This document shows positions 44,948-54,902 of a stretch of 64,000 nt of DNA, piece after piece. How positions within the stretch are numbered: the first letter of the stretch is position 1; the number at the start of each line of letters is the position of its first letter. A program made the translations under genes and the position numbers. The DNA comes from Thermodesulfobacteriota bacterium (lineage in GTDB: Bacteria > Desulfobacterota > QYQD01): the NCBI GenBank assembly GCA_031082315.1, contig JAVHLC010000001.1:221224-285223 (forward strand). The letters are read 5' to 3'. The notes beneath the pieces are model-generated. The model saw only the letters and a program-made list of their open reading frames with translations, did no database searches and was not told where the DNA came from.

Positions 44948-47158
44948 CTAGCGGGCCGCCGCGAATGCCAGCGGGCCAAAATCACCCACCCCATAAAGAG
45001 AAAAGAGGACAAAGAAGCGGCGATCTTCTCGTGTCTTGCTAAACTGGACACTGACCCCCCAGCACTGGGCCTGGTAATTAAGGCCGGCCTTTGATTCCAA
45101 ATTCTTATCTAAATCCAAAGACCGTCTGTTTTCATAACTAACGGTAACGGCCGGAGTCACAACCACCGAGAGGCCTGTATTGAGTTCATGCAGACTGCCT
45201 TTTGTGTAACGATAATCAACAGAAAGGCTGTCTCTGCGCTTATCTGAAAGCCTCAACAATCCGTTATAACTCTCACAGGTGCTATCATATGTATTATAAG
45301 ATGTATCATACCGGGCATATATCCTATCTGTGGGGGCAAGCTCGGCCTCCAAAGACACATTGGAAAATGGCCGCCGCCTTTCTTCGGCAGCCAATAGCCG
45401 GCGTTCCTCTCTGATATTGTAGCTCTGACTCAGTTTAAGACGGAAAATATCTTTATATACTGACCCGCCATCTTTCCTGACCTGCTTGGTGGTCAGGTAG
45501 TTCGTCAGCGAATAGGTAACGATATTTTGAGAGCTTATACGATCAACGTCATCCAGATTGGGTAGATCGTTCTGGTCCTTGACCGGCAGGTAATCATAAA
45601 CCACCGATGGTTTAATGGTATGCTTGATCTTGGTTATTGATTTCCCGGCCAGCTTAAAGACCCGGCCTACTTCGGTGGAAAGGTCGGCCTGGAAGTTATG
45701 GAGGGTGCGTGTGGGCAGGTCTTTTTTTATCTGCGCGGCATAAGAGTCATCGCCATAGTTTTCCACATCATAGACCGTCTCCCTGACGCCAAAAAGACCC
45801 TGAAGATCGAGATAGGGACCGATCCTCAGCGGCCAGGAAATCTTGGGATAGATATCAAGGCGATGCATACCGATGCCCTGTTTACGCCAGTAGTGGATAT
45901 AGTCGATATTTCCTTCATAATAGAGCGGCGTATCGGGTAGGGCCTGCCTGGAGGCCTGAAAATTGAGCGAAGGCAGGACTTGCAGGGTAGTCTCACGCTC
46001 GGCACGGTTAAGGTTATCATAGTACTTACACTGCCCGGATAAGTAAAAATTCGTCCACCGTCTGTTTATCTGGGCGGTCGATTCTCTGACTAGAGCGGTC
46101 TTATCCGCCAGGCTCCGGCCGAAATTATCGAGAATCGCCTGATTGGTCTTGGTAAAACCGGTGAGGCCGTCATCAAACTCATGGAGATAGTCACGATCGC
46201 TTACCAGGTCCAAATCCAGGATGGTCATAATATCCAGCGGGAGGTATTGATCTATCTTGCCCCGTATCCACCAACGGTTTCTGCTGCTGCGAAAGACCCC
46301 GTCCTTGTCGTAGTCGTCGTCTTCCAGGCGGTCATGGAGATAGTTGGCCAGCAGGATGCCCTTAGAATTTTGATCGCCGGCATAGCGATATTCCACCCCT
46401 TCCATCCACCCCCGTTTAGACAGGTAATGCTGGTAAAACGTGGCATCAGAACAGGGGTCTATGGCCCAATAAAAAGGTAGATTCAAACTCAGCCCATCCC
46501 TTTCACCGTAAGAAAGCTCCGGGAATAATAACCCGGACTGCCTCTTCGTTTTCGCCGGTAATACAAGATACGGGCTGTATATGACAGGGAGAGACCTGAC
46601 CCAGAAGGCCGAATGTCGAGCCTTTGCATAACCCTCCACGGTTACGTCCAGATGACTGCAGGAAAACCTCCAGGCGGGATGTTCTCCGTCACAGGTAGTA
46701 ATGACGGCCTCCTCAAGACTATATTGATCCTCAGCTACGCGCACTATCTCTGCCGCCTTCAGGTGTACATTGTTTTTCTTCAAGAACAATCCTCCGGGCT
46801 TAACCGTACCGGTTTGTCTATCCAGATTTATCTCGCCTTCTTCCCCGGTGAGGATGTCTTCTCCCATAGTGATATTCAGATGTCCCTTGGCCCAGGCCAG
46901 GCTATCCACCCGGCGATAGCGTATGTAATCGGCCCTTACCTCCATATCGCCACGGCTGAGGATAACATTACCTTCAGCTATAATTATCTTTCCGTCTTCT
47001 AACGTGGTCACCTTGTCGGCGTACATAAGCCACGGCTGGTTATCAGGGCTTGCGCCTCCTTCAATGGCAATAGCATTTGTCGGCAGGACGGTAACATAAA
47101 GCAGGCATAGGGATAAAATAATCGGGATTAAGAGAAACCTGATGGGCAATTGTGACAA
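44948..47158 (-). CDS. lptD: LPS-assembly outer-membrane protein LptD (OstA family)
   Basis: 736 aa. Signal peptide, N-terminal OstA-like beta-jellyroll (MYADKVTTLEDGKIIIAEGNVILSRGDMEVRADYIRY), large C-terminal beta-barrel region ending in an aromatic residue. Confidence 0.7.
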   Translation of the reverse strand: MSQLPIRFLLIPIILSLCLLYVTVLPTNAIAIEGGASPDNQPWLMYADKVTTLEDGKIIIAEGNVILSRGDMEVRADYIRYRRVDSLAWAKGHLNITMGEDILTGEEGEINLDRQTGTVKPGGLFLKKNNVHLKAAEIVRVAEDQYSLEEAVITTCDGEHPAWRFSCSHLDVTVEGYAKARHSAFWVRSLPVIYSPYLVLPAKTKRQSGLLFPELSYGERDGLSLNLPFYWAIDPCSDATFYQHYLSKRGWMEGVEYRYAGDQNSKGILLANYLHDRLEDDDYDKDGVFRSSRNRWWIRGKIDQYLPLDIMTILDLDLVSDRDYLHEFDDGLTGFTKTNQAILDNFGRSLADKTALVRESTAQINRRWTNFYLSGQCKYYDNLNRAERETTLQVLPSLNFQASRQALPDTPLYYEGNIDYIHYWRKQGIGMHRLDIYPKISWPLRIGPYLDLQGLFGVRETVYDVENYGDDSYAAQIKKDLPTRTLHNFQADLSTEVGRVFKLAGKSITKIKHTIKPSVVYDYLPVKDQNDLPNLDDVDRISSQNIVTYSLTNYLTTKQVRKDGGSVYKDIFRLKLSQSYNIREERRLLAAEERRRPFSNVSLEAELAPTDRIYARYDTSYNTYDSTCESYNGLLRLSDKRRDSLSVDYRYTKGSLHELNTGLSVVVTPAVTVSYENRRSLDLDKNLESKAGLNYQAQCWGVSVQFSKTREDRRFFVLFSLYGVGDFGPLAFAAAR

Positions 47159-47207
47159 ACCTCTGCACCTAATAGTGAGAGGTTACTATCATATCAGAAG
47201 CTTTCTT

Positions 47208-48485
47208 TCAATGAAGAAATGAGGGTTGTATTATCTCGCGGGCCTCGCCGACCAGATATAGAGAACCCGCGATGCAGATGAGGTCGTTTTCTTCGGCCAG
47301 TATTTTGGCTTTGTTAATGGCCTCAGAGACCTGACTAGTCAGATAAACTGCTCCGCCAAGGAGTCCCAGTTGGGCTGAAAGCATGTCTGGATCCGCAGCC
47401 CTTCTATTCCGGGGCTTTGTAAAGATGATGGCCTGGGCCATCGGCGCAAGTTGCTTTAACATGGCCCGGTGATCTTTATCCGCCATCCCTCCCCAGATCA
47501 GGATTAACCGATTATAGACAAAATCCCTGGACAGGGCCCGGCAAAGGGTCTTTACCCCGGAAGGATTATGGGCCCCATCAATCAATATGGTAGGGCTCCC
47601 ATCAAATACCTCTTGCCGTCCGGGCCAGTTAACCTTCTTTAAGCCTTCACCTATCACTTTTTCATCCACAGACAACCCTTTGCTGCCCATGAGTTCTATG
47701 ACAGCCATGGCTAAAGCAGCGTTGCCAAGCTGGTGCTGCCCCTGTAATCCGACCTCGAGACCGGTCAGTTTGCGCCACATTCCTTGATAGGAGAATCCGT
47801 TCATCCCAACCCGGCGGATGCGAAAATGCTGCCCGAAGACATAAATGGAGTTATCAAAGGCCCGGCAGCTTTCTTGGATAGCGCCAAGCAATTTAGGCTG
47901 GTGAACGCCGGTAACCAGGCTAAGTCCTGGTTTGATGATCCCGGCCTTCTCTCTGGTTATAGAGAACAGAGACCTGCCCAGATGGGCCTCATGGTCACGG
48001 CCAATATTGGTGATGACCGCTAACTCCGGAGTGAGAACATTGGTGGCATCCAGCCGCCCCCCCATGCCCGTCTCCACAATAGCTAAATCCACCTTTTCCC
48101 GGGCAAAGAGTAAAAAGGCCGTGGCCGTGGTAAATTCAAAATAGGTTACCGGGATGTCCGCGGCCAGAGCGGCCTTGACCTCCGTAGTCAGCCGGTAAAA
48201 ACGCTCTTCCGAAATGATACGCTCATTAATACGAAATCTTTCCCGAATACTGACCAAGTGGGGTGAGGTATAAAGACCGACTTTATATCCTGCTTCGGTA
48301 AAAATGGCCGAAAGCATGGCGCTTACAGAACCCTTGCCATTGGTTCCGGCAATATGTACAGATTTAAACTGACGGTGGGGGTTCCCCATGGCAGCAAGCA
48401 GGGTGGTGATATTCTTCAGTCCTAGCTTGATGCCGAAGAATTCCAGACTGGTTACGTAATCAACGGCTTCCTGATAATTATTCAT
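47208..48485 (-). CDS. folC: bifunctional folylpolyglutamate synthase / dihydrofolate synthase
   Basis: 425 aa. P-loop VHIAGTNGKGSVSAM and Mur-ligase-family layout. Confidence 0.85.
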   Translation of the reverse strand: MNNYQEAVDYVTSLEFFGIKLGLKNITTLLAAMGNPHRQFKSVHIAGTNGKGSVSAMLSAIFTEAGYKVGLYTSPHLVSIRERFRINERIISEERFYRLTTEVKAALAADIPVTYFEFTTATAFLLFAREKVDLAIVETGMGGRLDATNVLTPELAVITNIGRDHEAHLGRSLFSITREKAGIIKPGLSLVTGVHQPKLLGAIQESCRAFDNSIYVFGQHFRIRRVGMNGFSYQGMWRKLTGLEVGLQGQHQLGNAALAMAVIELMGSKGLSVDEKVIGEGLKKVNWPGRQEVFDGSPTILIDGAHNPSGVKTLCRALSRDFVYNRLILIWGGMADKDHRAMLKQLAPMAQAIIFTKPRNRRAADPDMLSAQLGLLGGAVYLTSQVSEAINKAKILAEENDLICIAGSLYLVGEAREIIQPSFLH

Positions 48486-48499
48486 AATAGAACCACAGG

Positions 48500-49261
48500 T
48501 TATATAATGATAAGGTCACCCTGTGTCAAGGGCTTTACCAGGAAGGGGGGAAGATATTTTAGCTCCTCTTGAATACGTTCCAGGTGCATGGGTTTCATAT
48601 GAAAGACATAGACGGGCACATCCGGGCGATTCATTTTAGATAGTTCCTTATGCAGCAAGGCCGGGGTAAGGTGACCGCTTAGCGCCGCCAACTCACGCAA
48701 CTCGTCAGGGAATGATACCTCCACGATAACCGCACGGAGGTCTTTGAGGGTTCGCGCCAGATCCCAGATGCGCTGCGTGGCGCCGGTGTCTCCGGTATAA
48801 ATTATGGCGCCATTACAGTCTCTAACTATATAGCCTACCGCTTCTACCGTGTGGTCCACCTTAATTGCCTTACAGGTAATTTCATTTAGCTGAATGTCCT
48901 TTTCCTCATCCAGGTGGAGATAAATTAAAACCGGGCCTCTCTCCGGTATAACCGTAAAGTCAGGCCAGATTGAATTATTGAGTATATGTACCTTAATCTG
49001 TTCAATAATCGCGGGCAAGCTGACAATACATATAGGGTGATAATTTTGCTCGATAATGTTGTCAGCCAGGAAGAGGATGTCTTTAATGTGATCTAAATGG
49101 GAATGGGTGATGAGGATATGGGTTATCTGCAATTGCTCTTCGAGACTAAGTACGGAAGTTATAGCCCCGGCATCCAGCAGTAAGCTCTTATTGATCAAAA
49201 AAGAAGTAGGCCGAAAACCGGGCATTTCAGAGCCATAGCACCCCAGGACTCTTATTTCCAT
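48500..49261 (-). CDS. MBL-fold metallo-hydrolase
   Basis: 253 aa. HxHxDH motif ITHSHLDHIKD. Confidence 0.6.
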   Translation of the reverse strand: MEIRVLGCYGSEMPGFRPTSFLINKSLLLDAGAITSVLSLEEQLQITHILITHSHLDHIKDILFLADNIIEQNYHPICIVSLPAIIEQIKVHILNNSIWPDFTVIPERGPVLIYLHLDEEKDIQLNEITCKAIKVDHTVEAVGYIVRDCNGAIIYTGDTGATQRIWDLARTLKDLRAVIVEVSFPDELRELAALSGHLTPALLHKELSKMNRPDVPVYVFHMKPMHLERIQEELKYLPPFLVKPLTQGDLIII

Positions 49262-49267
49262 CGCTCA

Positions 49268-49404
49268 CCGCGCTACAACTGGATTTTTACGAAAGCATTA
49301 TCCCTGCCTTAGTAACCGTTCACCGTTATCAGTTCACCGTTGTCCGTGAAAAGCACGAAAAGCTTCTTTTTTGGTGAACGTTGAACGGTAAACGGTGAAC
49401 ATAT
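49268..49404. repeat. palindromic GTTCACCGTT-motif region between the UvrD-like helicase and MBL hydrolase genes
   Basis: CAGTTCACCGTTGTCCGTG ... GGTGAACGTTGAACGGTAAACGGTGAAC inverted repeats around an A/T-rich centre. Confidence 0.4.
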
Positions 49405-49406
49405 CC

Positions 49407-51644
49407 CTACCTTATTATAGATAAGGTCGTATAACCAAGATGGAGGGTTTTGAGTCCGGTCCCGTCAAAGTGTACAACCACCTTCTGTCCACCCAGGACC
49501 TGTCTTACCTGGCCTGTTCCAAATATAGTATGATGTACATGCGCCCCTGCCTGTAGCATTCCATCCCTTGTCTTTAATCCGGCCTCGTCGTCTGCATCTC
49601 TTATTTTGTCTGTTGTCCGTTGTCCGTTATCAGTAGCCTGAGGCATGAAGTCTCTGGTCTCAGGTCTGCGGTCTGTAGTCTCAAACATAGATCGCGGGAT
49701 ATCATTTATAAAGCGGGATGGCCGGGCCATAATATGACCGTCTTTCGGGGTATAGGTAGAAATCGGATAGGAAAGGAAGAGGTTTTCTTTGGCCCTGGTC
49801 ACGGCTACATACATTAATCTTCTTTCTTCTTCTATAGCCTCATCGGACTCACAGGCATAACTGGAAGGGAACCGCCCCTCGGCGAGGGATATAATAAAAA
49901 CAGTGTGCCATTCCAGCCCCTTGGCCGAATGTATGGTGGATAGGGTCAATCTCTCTGTATCTCTGTCACTCATAGCGGCATCGGCCGCGCCGGCCTCCGG
50001 GGGTTCCAGGACCATATCGGTCAATAAGGTCTCCAACGATTCATAATTATTTGTAATAACGGCCAATTGTTCTAAATCCTTTAACCTTTTAGGGTAGTCG
50101 TCATAATATATGCGCCTTAAAATCGGTTCGTAGTAAGCCATTAATCGCTCCAGGCGCGCCTGGGGTTTCAATCCCGGTGTGCTGATAGCTTCCAGCGCCT
50201 TGCAAAGATCCGCAAGACCTTCTTCAATCCGGGGGCCGATGGGATATTCTCCAAGGCGGGAAATGGAAAACTCCGTATCCCTTAACCAATCCATTATGCG
50301 CTGGCAGGTTTTATGGCCGATGTTATTTATTAAAAGCAGAATACGATGCCAGCTTAAAAGATCACAGGGATTCACCACCACGCGGAGGTGCGCCAGCACG
50401 TCTTTGATATGAGCGGCTTCCATAAGCTTAAGGCCGCCATATTTAACAAAGGAAATCCCCGCCCTGGTAAGTTCAAGCTCTAAATTAAAAGAATGAAAGC
50501 CTGCCCTGAAAAGAACCGCTATCCCGGATAGAGGGACGCCGCTTCTTCTTAGGGATAGTATTCTTTCGCATATAAAACGTGATTGGGCATTTTCATCCGG
50601 GACCGGTACCAGACGGGCGCTGACTCCACTTGGCCGGCGTGTGAAAAGGCATTTAGTATATTTTTCCCTGGCCTTGGCAATAAGGGAATTGGCCAGGGAC
50701 AATATCTGTTGGGTGCTACGATAGTTTTCTTCTAATTTTATGATGCGCGTCCCGGGGAAGTGGTTTGGGAACTCCATGATATTCTTAAAATTAGCCCCCC
50801 GGAAGGAATAGATAGACTGAGAGTCATCGCCTACCACCATGACATTATTGTGGGTGGCCGCCATAAGCCGGACAATATCGGCCTGGAGCCTGTTGGTGTC
50901 CTGATATTCGTCCACCATGATATACTGGAAACGCCGGGAAACCAGGTCACGGATTTCGGGCCGCTCTTCCAGGAGATTTTTCCATTTAACCAGAAGGTCG
51001 TCATAATCCATGAGTTGATGGCTATTTTTATATTCTGTATAAAGAAAATATAATTTTTTCAGGGCCTCGCTATGTTCCATGAAATGGAGAAATTCTTCCT
51101 CCAGGGCCTGTTCTATAGTTATAGCCTTATTGACTGCCTTGCTGAATATCTCGGCAATGGTATCCTTTTTGGGGAAACGCCTGGCCTTTTCATCCAGGCC
51201 AAGGCTTAAACGGAGCAAATTGATGGCGTCTGCGCTGTCGGAACGATCCAGGATGGTGAAAGAAGGGGAAAAGCCGATATGATGGCTGAATTTTCGGAGC
51301 ATCTGGTTGGCCAGGGAATGAAACGTACCGCCCCTCACCTGCTGACAGGTGTCTGAAAGTATGAGGCTGGCCCGCTGCAGCATCTCCCGCGCCGCCCTGC
51401 AGGTAAAGGTCAGCAGCAAGATAGACTGGGGCGGGATGCCTTTTTCAACCAACCTGGCTACCCGATAGACCAAGGTGCGTGTCTTGCCGCTGCCCGCACC
51501 GGCTATAACCAGAGCAGGACCGGTAAGCATGCATACAGCTTCCAGCTGTTGAGGATTCAGGGCTTTTTCGTAGTCAATCCCCCCTAACCCCTCTTTCCCC
51601 AAGGGTGGAATTGCTTCTATATTCCTTTGAAACTCATAGGGCAT
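49407..51644 (-). CDS. UvrD/Rep/PcrA-family ATP-dependent DNA helicase
   Basis: 745 aa. Walker A AGAGSGKTRTLVYR, DEYQDTN, and a C-terminal UvrD_C-like tail. Confidence 0.8.
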   Translation of the reverse strand: MPYEFQRNIEAIPPLGKEGLGGIDYEKALNPQQLEAVCMLTGPALVIAGAGSGKTRTLVYRVARLVEKGIPPQSILLLTFTCRAAREMLQRASLILSDTCQQVRGGTFHSLANQMLRKFSHHIGFSPSFTILDRSDSADAINLLRLSLGLDEKARRFPKKDTIAEIFSKAVNKAITIEQALEEEFLHFMEHSEALKKLYFLYTEYKNSHQLMDYDDLLVKWKNLLEERPEIRDLVSRRFQYIMVDEYQDTNRLQADIVRLMAATHNNVMVVGDDSQSIYSFRGANFKNIMEFPNHFPGTRIIKLEENYRSTQQILSLANSLIAKAREKYTKCLFTRRPSGVSARLVPVPDENAQSRFICERILSLRRSGVPLSGIAVLFRAGFHSFNLELELTRAGISFVKYGGLKLMEAAHIKDVLAHLRVVVNPCDLLSWHRILLLINNIGHKTCQRIMDWLRDTEFSISRLGEYPIGPRIEEGLADLCKALEAISTPGLKPQARLERLMAYYEPILRRIYYDDYPKRLKDLEQLAVITNNYESLETLLTDMVLEPPEAGAADAAMSDRDTERLTLSTIHSAKGLEWHTVFIISLAEGRFPSSYACESDEAIEEERRLMYVAVTRAKENLFLSYPISTYTPKDGHIMARPSRFINDIPRSMFETTDRRPETRDFMPQATDNGQRTTDKIRDADDEAGLKTRDGMLQAGAHVHHTIFGTGQVRQVLGGQKVVVHFDGTGLKTLHLGYTTLSIIR

Positions 51645-51658
51645 AAGTATTCTTAAAG

Positions 51659-52333
51659 TTACCGGTAACGTTTCTTAAAAATCCAGATCAGGCCTGCACC
51701 GGTGATAAAGCCTCCTATGTGCGCGAACCAGGCTACGCCTCCCGCCAACGCGCGGGTGGTTATAGCCAAACTGCCACTGAAGAATTGCATAATAAACCAA
51801 AAGGCGAGAAAAAAGAAGGCGGGAATCTCTATTATCTGAAAAAAGAAAAAGATGGGAATCAATGTCAAAATACGGGCATGGGGATATAGGAAGAAGTAAG
51901 CGCCCATGACACCGGCGATGGCGCCACTGGCCCCCACCATCGGCACTCTTGCGTAGGGATTGACCCAGAATTGAGTCAGTGCCGCGGCTATCCCACAGGC
52001 CAGATAGAAGAGGATGTAACGCAGATGTCCCATGCGGTCTTCGACATTATCTCCAAATATCCACAAGATCCACATATTGGAGATAAGATGTACCCAACCG
52101 CCGTGCATGAACATGGAAGTAAAAATGGGATAGCTCCGCAGGGGAATATTTGCCGGAGCCACCTCAGAAAGGTATTGATATACCGCCGGCGTAAATCCAT
52201 AATGCAAAATGAATTTTTCTATATATGGCCCCAGGGAAAGTTCATAAATGAAGACCAGGGTGTTGAGAATAATTATAGAGACATTGACCAGAGGCCAGCT
52301 ACGGGAAGGGATGTTATCTCTTAGGGGGATCAT
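51659..52333 (-). CDS. rhomboid-family intramembrane serine protease
   Basis: 224 aa. FMHGGWVHLISNMWILWIFG and the catalytic GASGAIAG plus a distal His. Confidence 0.75.
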   Translation of the reverse strand: MIPLRDNIPSRSWPLVNVSIIILNTLVFIYELSLGPYIEKFILHYGFTPAVYQYLSEVAPANIPLRSYPIFTSMFMHGGWVHLISNMWILWIFGDNVEDRMGHLRYILFYLACGIAAALTQFWVNPYARVPMVGASGAIAGVMGAYFFLYPHARILTLIPIFFFFQIIEIPAFFFLAFWFIMQFFSGSLAITTRALAGGVAWFAHIGGFITGAGLIWIFKKRYR

Positions 52334-53760
52334 TAATTATTGGAGCAGGGAAGGATGAAATAGAAATTGTTTCCCTCCGGAACCGGTTCATAGCCCACCA
52401 CGCCGCCGTGTACCTCGATGACGCTCTTTATAAAGTGCAGGCCGTGTCCGGTGCCTGATTGATTTGTGGCATTAGCGCCACGGTAGCCTTCATCGAAAAT
52501 ACGGGCCGCCTCTTCCGGTGCAAGGTGGAGGCCGGTTGTAAATACGTTGAATTTAATCCCGCACTTACCATGGCCGAAACAATCACTGATCCGCTCCCGG
52601 CCAAAGGCCAGGCGCTTCACACGCCGGCCGTCAGCGGCTATTACGCCCTGCGTGTACTTGACGGCATTAGAGAACAGATTGGCATAGACCTGTGCTATTA
52701 AACCGGCATCGACGGTAAGTTCGATATCCTCTTCCGGTATCCCTCCCATACGGTTATCAATCTCAACTCCCCTGTCCTCTAGTTGTTTTTGATAACGTTC
52801 CAACTGGGGGGTGATAATATCCCGGTTAAAGTTGATATGACTTTTTCGCAGGGTCCATTGCCCGCGCTCGAAATGCCCGCGACGGAATAAGGTCTCCAAA
52901 AACAGGCTGGTGTTTCTGTAATGCTGATAGACCTGCTCATAGTCCTGCTTCATTTTATTTGTCAATTCATCCAGTTGATCTAAGATGCCGTCCGGGTAAT
53001 CTCTATTTTCAACTAAAACCCGGGAGAGAGTCTCTCTCAATTTATTTTCAACTACCTGACATTGCGCTATCTTTTTCTGGAGGTTTTTAAAAAACACCTG
53101 GTAGTAAATGTTGGGCGTAATTACATTGTGTTCAATATCAGCCACCAGGCTGTTTATAAACTTGATGTGGTCGATATTTTGTTGCCAGACGATCTTGGCA
53201 TTGATGTTATATCCGATACGGTTTGCGTATTTTTGGAAGAAAAATTTATCCTGATCGGCAAAACCTCTTGCCGGAAACACTTCAAGCATGCCGATAAGCT
53301 GGTCTTTGGCATAGAACGGTAGTCTTTCCGTCAGGAGGCGGTTGCCTTTGATAGGAAAGACGTAAGATTCATCGGCCAGGTAGGCCTGATTTTCTATACG
53401 TACGGCCGCATTGGTATCCGATTCTTCAAGATAGAGGTCTTTGGCGCTGGAACAGACCAGCCTCAAGTTATTTACAGGACTGACCAGGTAGAGCCTGCTC
53501 TCCAGGTTAAAATATTCCTTCGGGACTATAACGCAGACCCGGTAGAGATTCTGCAGGGTATCGTATTCCTGGGCCAGGTCAAAAAAAGTCTTTAAGGCAT
53601 TGCTTTGTATCTCTGAAAAATTATACCGCGCGTAATCTCCCCTTTTTTCCTGGACGCGTCTTCTAACCAGGTCCATATCCGCTGAGATGGCCACTTCTCT
53701 GTCCCTACCCCTGTTAGTATTCATCCGGAACCCCAAAAATTCCGGATGAGCTGTCAGCAC
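52333..53760 (-). CDS. cytoplasmic GAF-like sensor histidine kinase (HATPase_c family)
   Basis: 475 aa. C-terminal G-boxes (GTGHGLHFIKSVIEVHGG). No TM segments. Confidence 0.5.
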   Translation of the reverse strand: MLTAHPEFLGFRMNTNRGRDREVAISADMDLVRRRVQEKRGDYARYNFSEIQSNALKTFFDLAQEYDTLQNLYRVCVIVPKEYFNLESRLYLVSPVNNLRLVCSSAKDLYLEESDTNAAVRIENQAYLADESYVFPIKGNRLLTERLPFYAKDQLIGMLEVFPARGFADQDKFFFQKYANRIGYNINAKIVWQQNIDHIKFINSLVADIEHNVITPNIYYQVFFKNLQKKIAQCQVVENKLRETLSRVLVENRDYPDGILDQLDELTNKMKQDYEQVYQHYRNTSLFLETLFRRGHFERGQWTLRKSHINFNRDIITPQLERYQKQLEDRGVEIDNRMGGIPEEDIELTVDAGLIAQVYANLFSNAVKYTQGVIAADGRRVKRLAFGRERISDCFGHGKCGIKFNVFTTGLHLAPEEAARIFDEGYRGANATNQSGTGHGLHFIKSVIEVHGGVVGYEPVPEGNNFYFILPCSNN

Positions 53761-53761
53761 T

Positions 53762-53865
53762 CAGCTATCAGCGTTCAGTTTAATGTGTTATTTGTCTTAG
53801 GTTTTTGCTGACAGCTAATCGCTGATCGCTGAAAGCGTGAAGCCGGAAACAGTAGTTTCCGAATG
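53762..53865. repeat. inverted copy of the composite intergenic repeat (heptamer arms + GGAAAC-N4-GTTTCC hairpin + CTTCACGCTTTCAGC module)
   Basis: The reverse complement reads CATTCGGAAACTACTGTTTCCGGCTTCACGCTTTCAGC..., matching the elements beside both tRNA-Ser genes. Confidence 0.55.
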
Positions 53866-53900
53866 AATACTGCTTATTTTTCATAATAGCATCTGTGTCC

Positions 53901-53936
53901 AAAAAAAGAAAGGCGCAGGTTGAGCCTGCGCCTTTC
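53901..53936 (-). terminator. rho-independent terminator of the por operon
   Basis: 12-bp stem GAAAGGCGCAGG/CCTGCGCCTTTC with loop TTGAG, followed on the minus strand by a run of seven T. Lies 25 nt downstream of the porB stop. Confidence 0.7.
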
Positions 53937-53960
53937 GAAATATTACTAAATCCAGGACAG

Positions 53961-54902
53961 TTATGCGGTCTCACCGGCCAGCTTTAGCAGCTTGTCATAT
54001 TCTTCGTCCACCTGTCTCTGGATCTGGGCAATAAGGTCATCGGTCAAATGACGGAACCGGCCCTGCTTCTTCAGATACTCGGCTACGGGTTTTGGTTTTG
54101 TAATCTTACGGTTAATTATGTACTTACCTTCTATGACCTCATAAAGCGGGAAGACATTGGTCTCTACAGCTAATTTACTTATCTCAATGGCCAGGTCGCC
54201 GCCGTGTCTCCAGCCGGTGGGACAGGATGAGTAAATATGCAGATAAGCGGGCCCCTTGACCAAGGCGGCCTTTTTGGCCTTGTTCATTAAGTCCAGGAAA
54301 TAGGCCGGCGAAGCCGTCGCTACGTAAGGAATATTATGAGCCACGGCAATGGCCGGAACGTTCTTTTTCTTCGTCGCCTGCCCAAAACTCTTTTTCCCCG
54401 GCGGAGAAGTGGTGGTCATGGCGCCATAGGGCGTAGAGCTTGAACGCTGTACGCCGGTGTTCATGTAGGCCTCGTTATCCAGGCAGATATAGACAAAGTC
54501 GTGGCCCCTCTCCATGGCGCCGGATAAGGACTGGAGACCGATATCGGCGGTTGCCCCATCTCCGCCTATGGCTACGATATCGATATGTTTCTGGGGAATT
54601 TTGCCCTTGCGCATAAGCACCTTCAGGGCCGCTTCCGTGCCCGAGGCCACAGCAGCCGCATTTTCAAAGGCGACATGCAGCCAGGGTACATTCCAGGCCG
54701 TTTGCGGGAAGGTGGAGGTGATAATCTCCATACAGCCCGTGGCGCTGACGACGATACTGTTCATACCGATAGCCTTCATAGCCAGTTTAAGCGCCAGGAC
54801 CTCGCCACAGCCCTGACAGGCCCGGTGCCCGGAGGCCAGAGGATCTGCGAGAGGCAGCTTCTTTGCCGAAAATCCCTTGAAGTTTTCAAGCTCTTTGATC
54901 AT
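53961..54902 (-). CDS. porB: 2-oxoacid:ferredoxin oxidoreductase beta subunit (pyruvate/ketoisovalerate type, TPP-binding)
   Basis: 313 aa. Cys cluster ligands (CQGCGE...C) and the TPP motif [16 protein letters not shown]. Confidence 0.8.
   Translation of the reverse strand: MIKELENFKGFSAKKLPLADPLASGHRACQGCGEVLALKLAMKAIGMNSIVVSATGCMEIITSTFPQTAWNVPWLHVAFENAAAVASGTEAALKVLMRKGKIPQKHIDIVAIGGDGATADIGLQSLSGAMERGHDFVYICLDNEAYMNTGVQRSSSTPYGAMTTTSPPGKKSFGQATKKKNVPAIAVAHNIPYVATASPAYFLDLMNKAKKAALVKGPAYLHIYSSCPTGWRHGGDLAIEISKLAVETNVFPLYEVIEGKYIINRKITKPKPVAEYLKKQGRFRHLTDDLIAQIQRQVDEEYDKLLKLAGETA

Noticed and set aside
48500-51644. UvrD-like helicase plus adjacent MBL-fold hydrolase as a candidate defence system
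   Set aside because: The helicase has the full housekeeping UvrD/PcrA motif set and a UvrD_C tail and sits among core genes (folC, rhomboid). The MBL protein is small and generic. There is no nuclease/sensor fusion or island signature.
53780-53974. 64-aa minus-strand ORF
   Set aside because: Overlaps the por-operon terminator hairpin and the porB stop. The hairpin and T-tract explain the region better.
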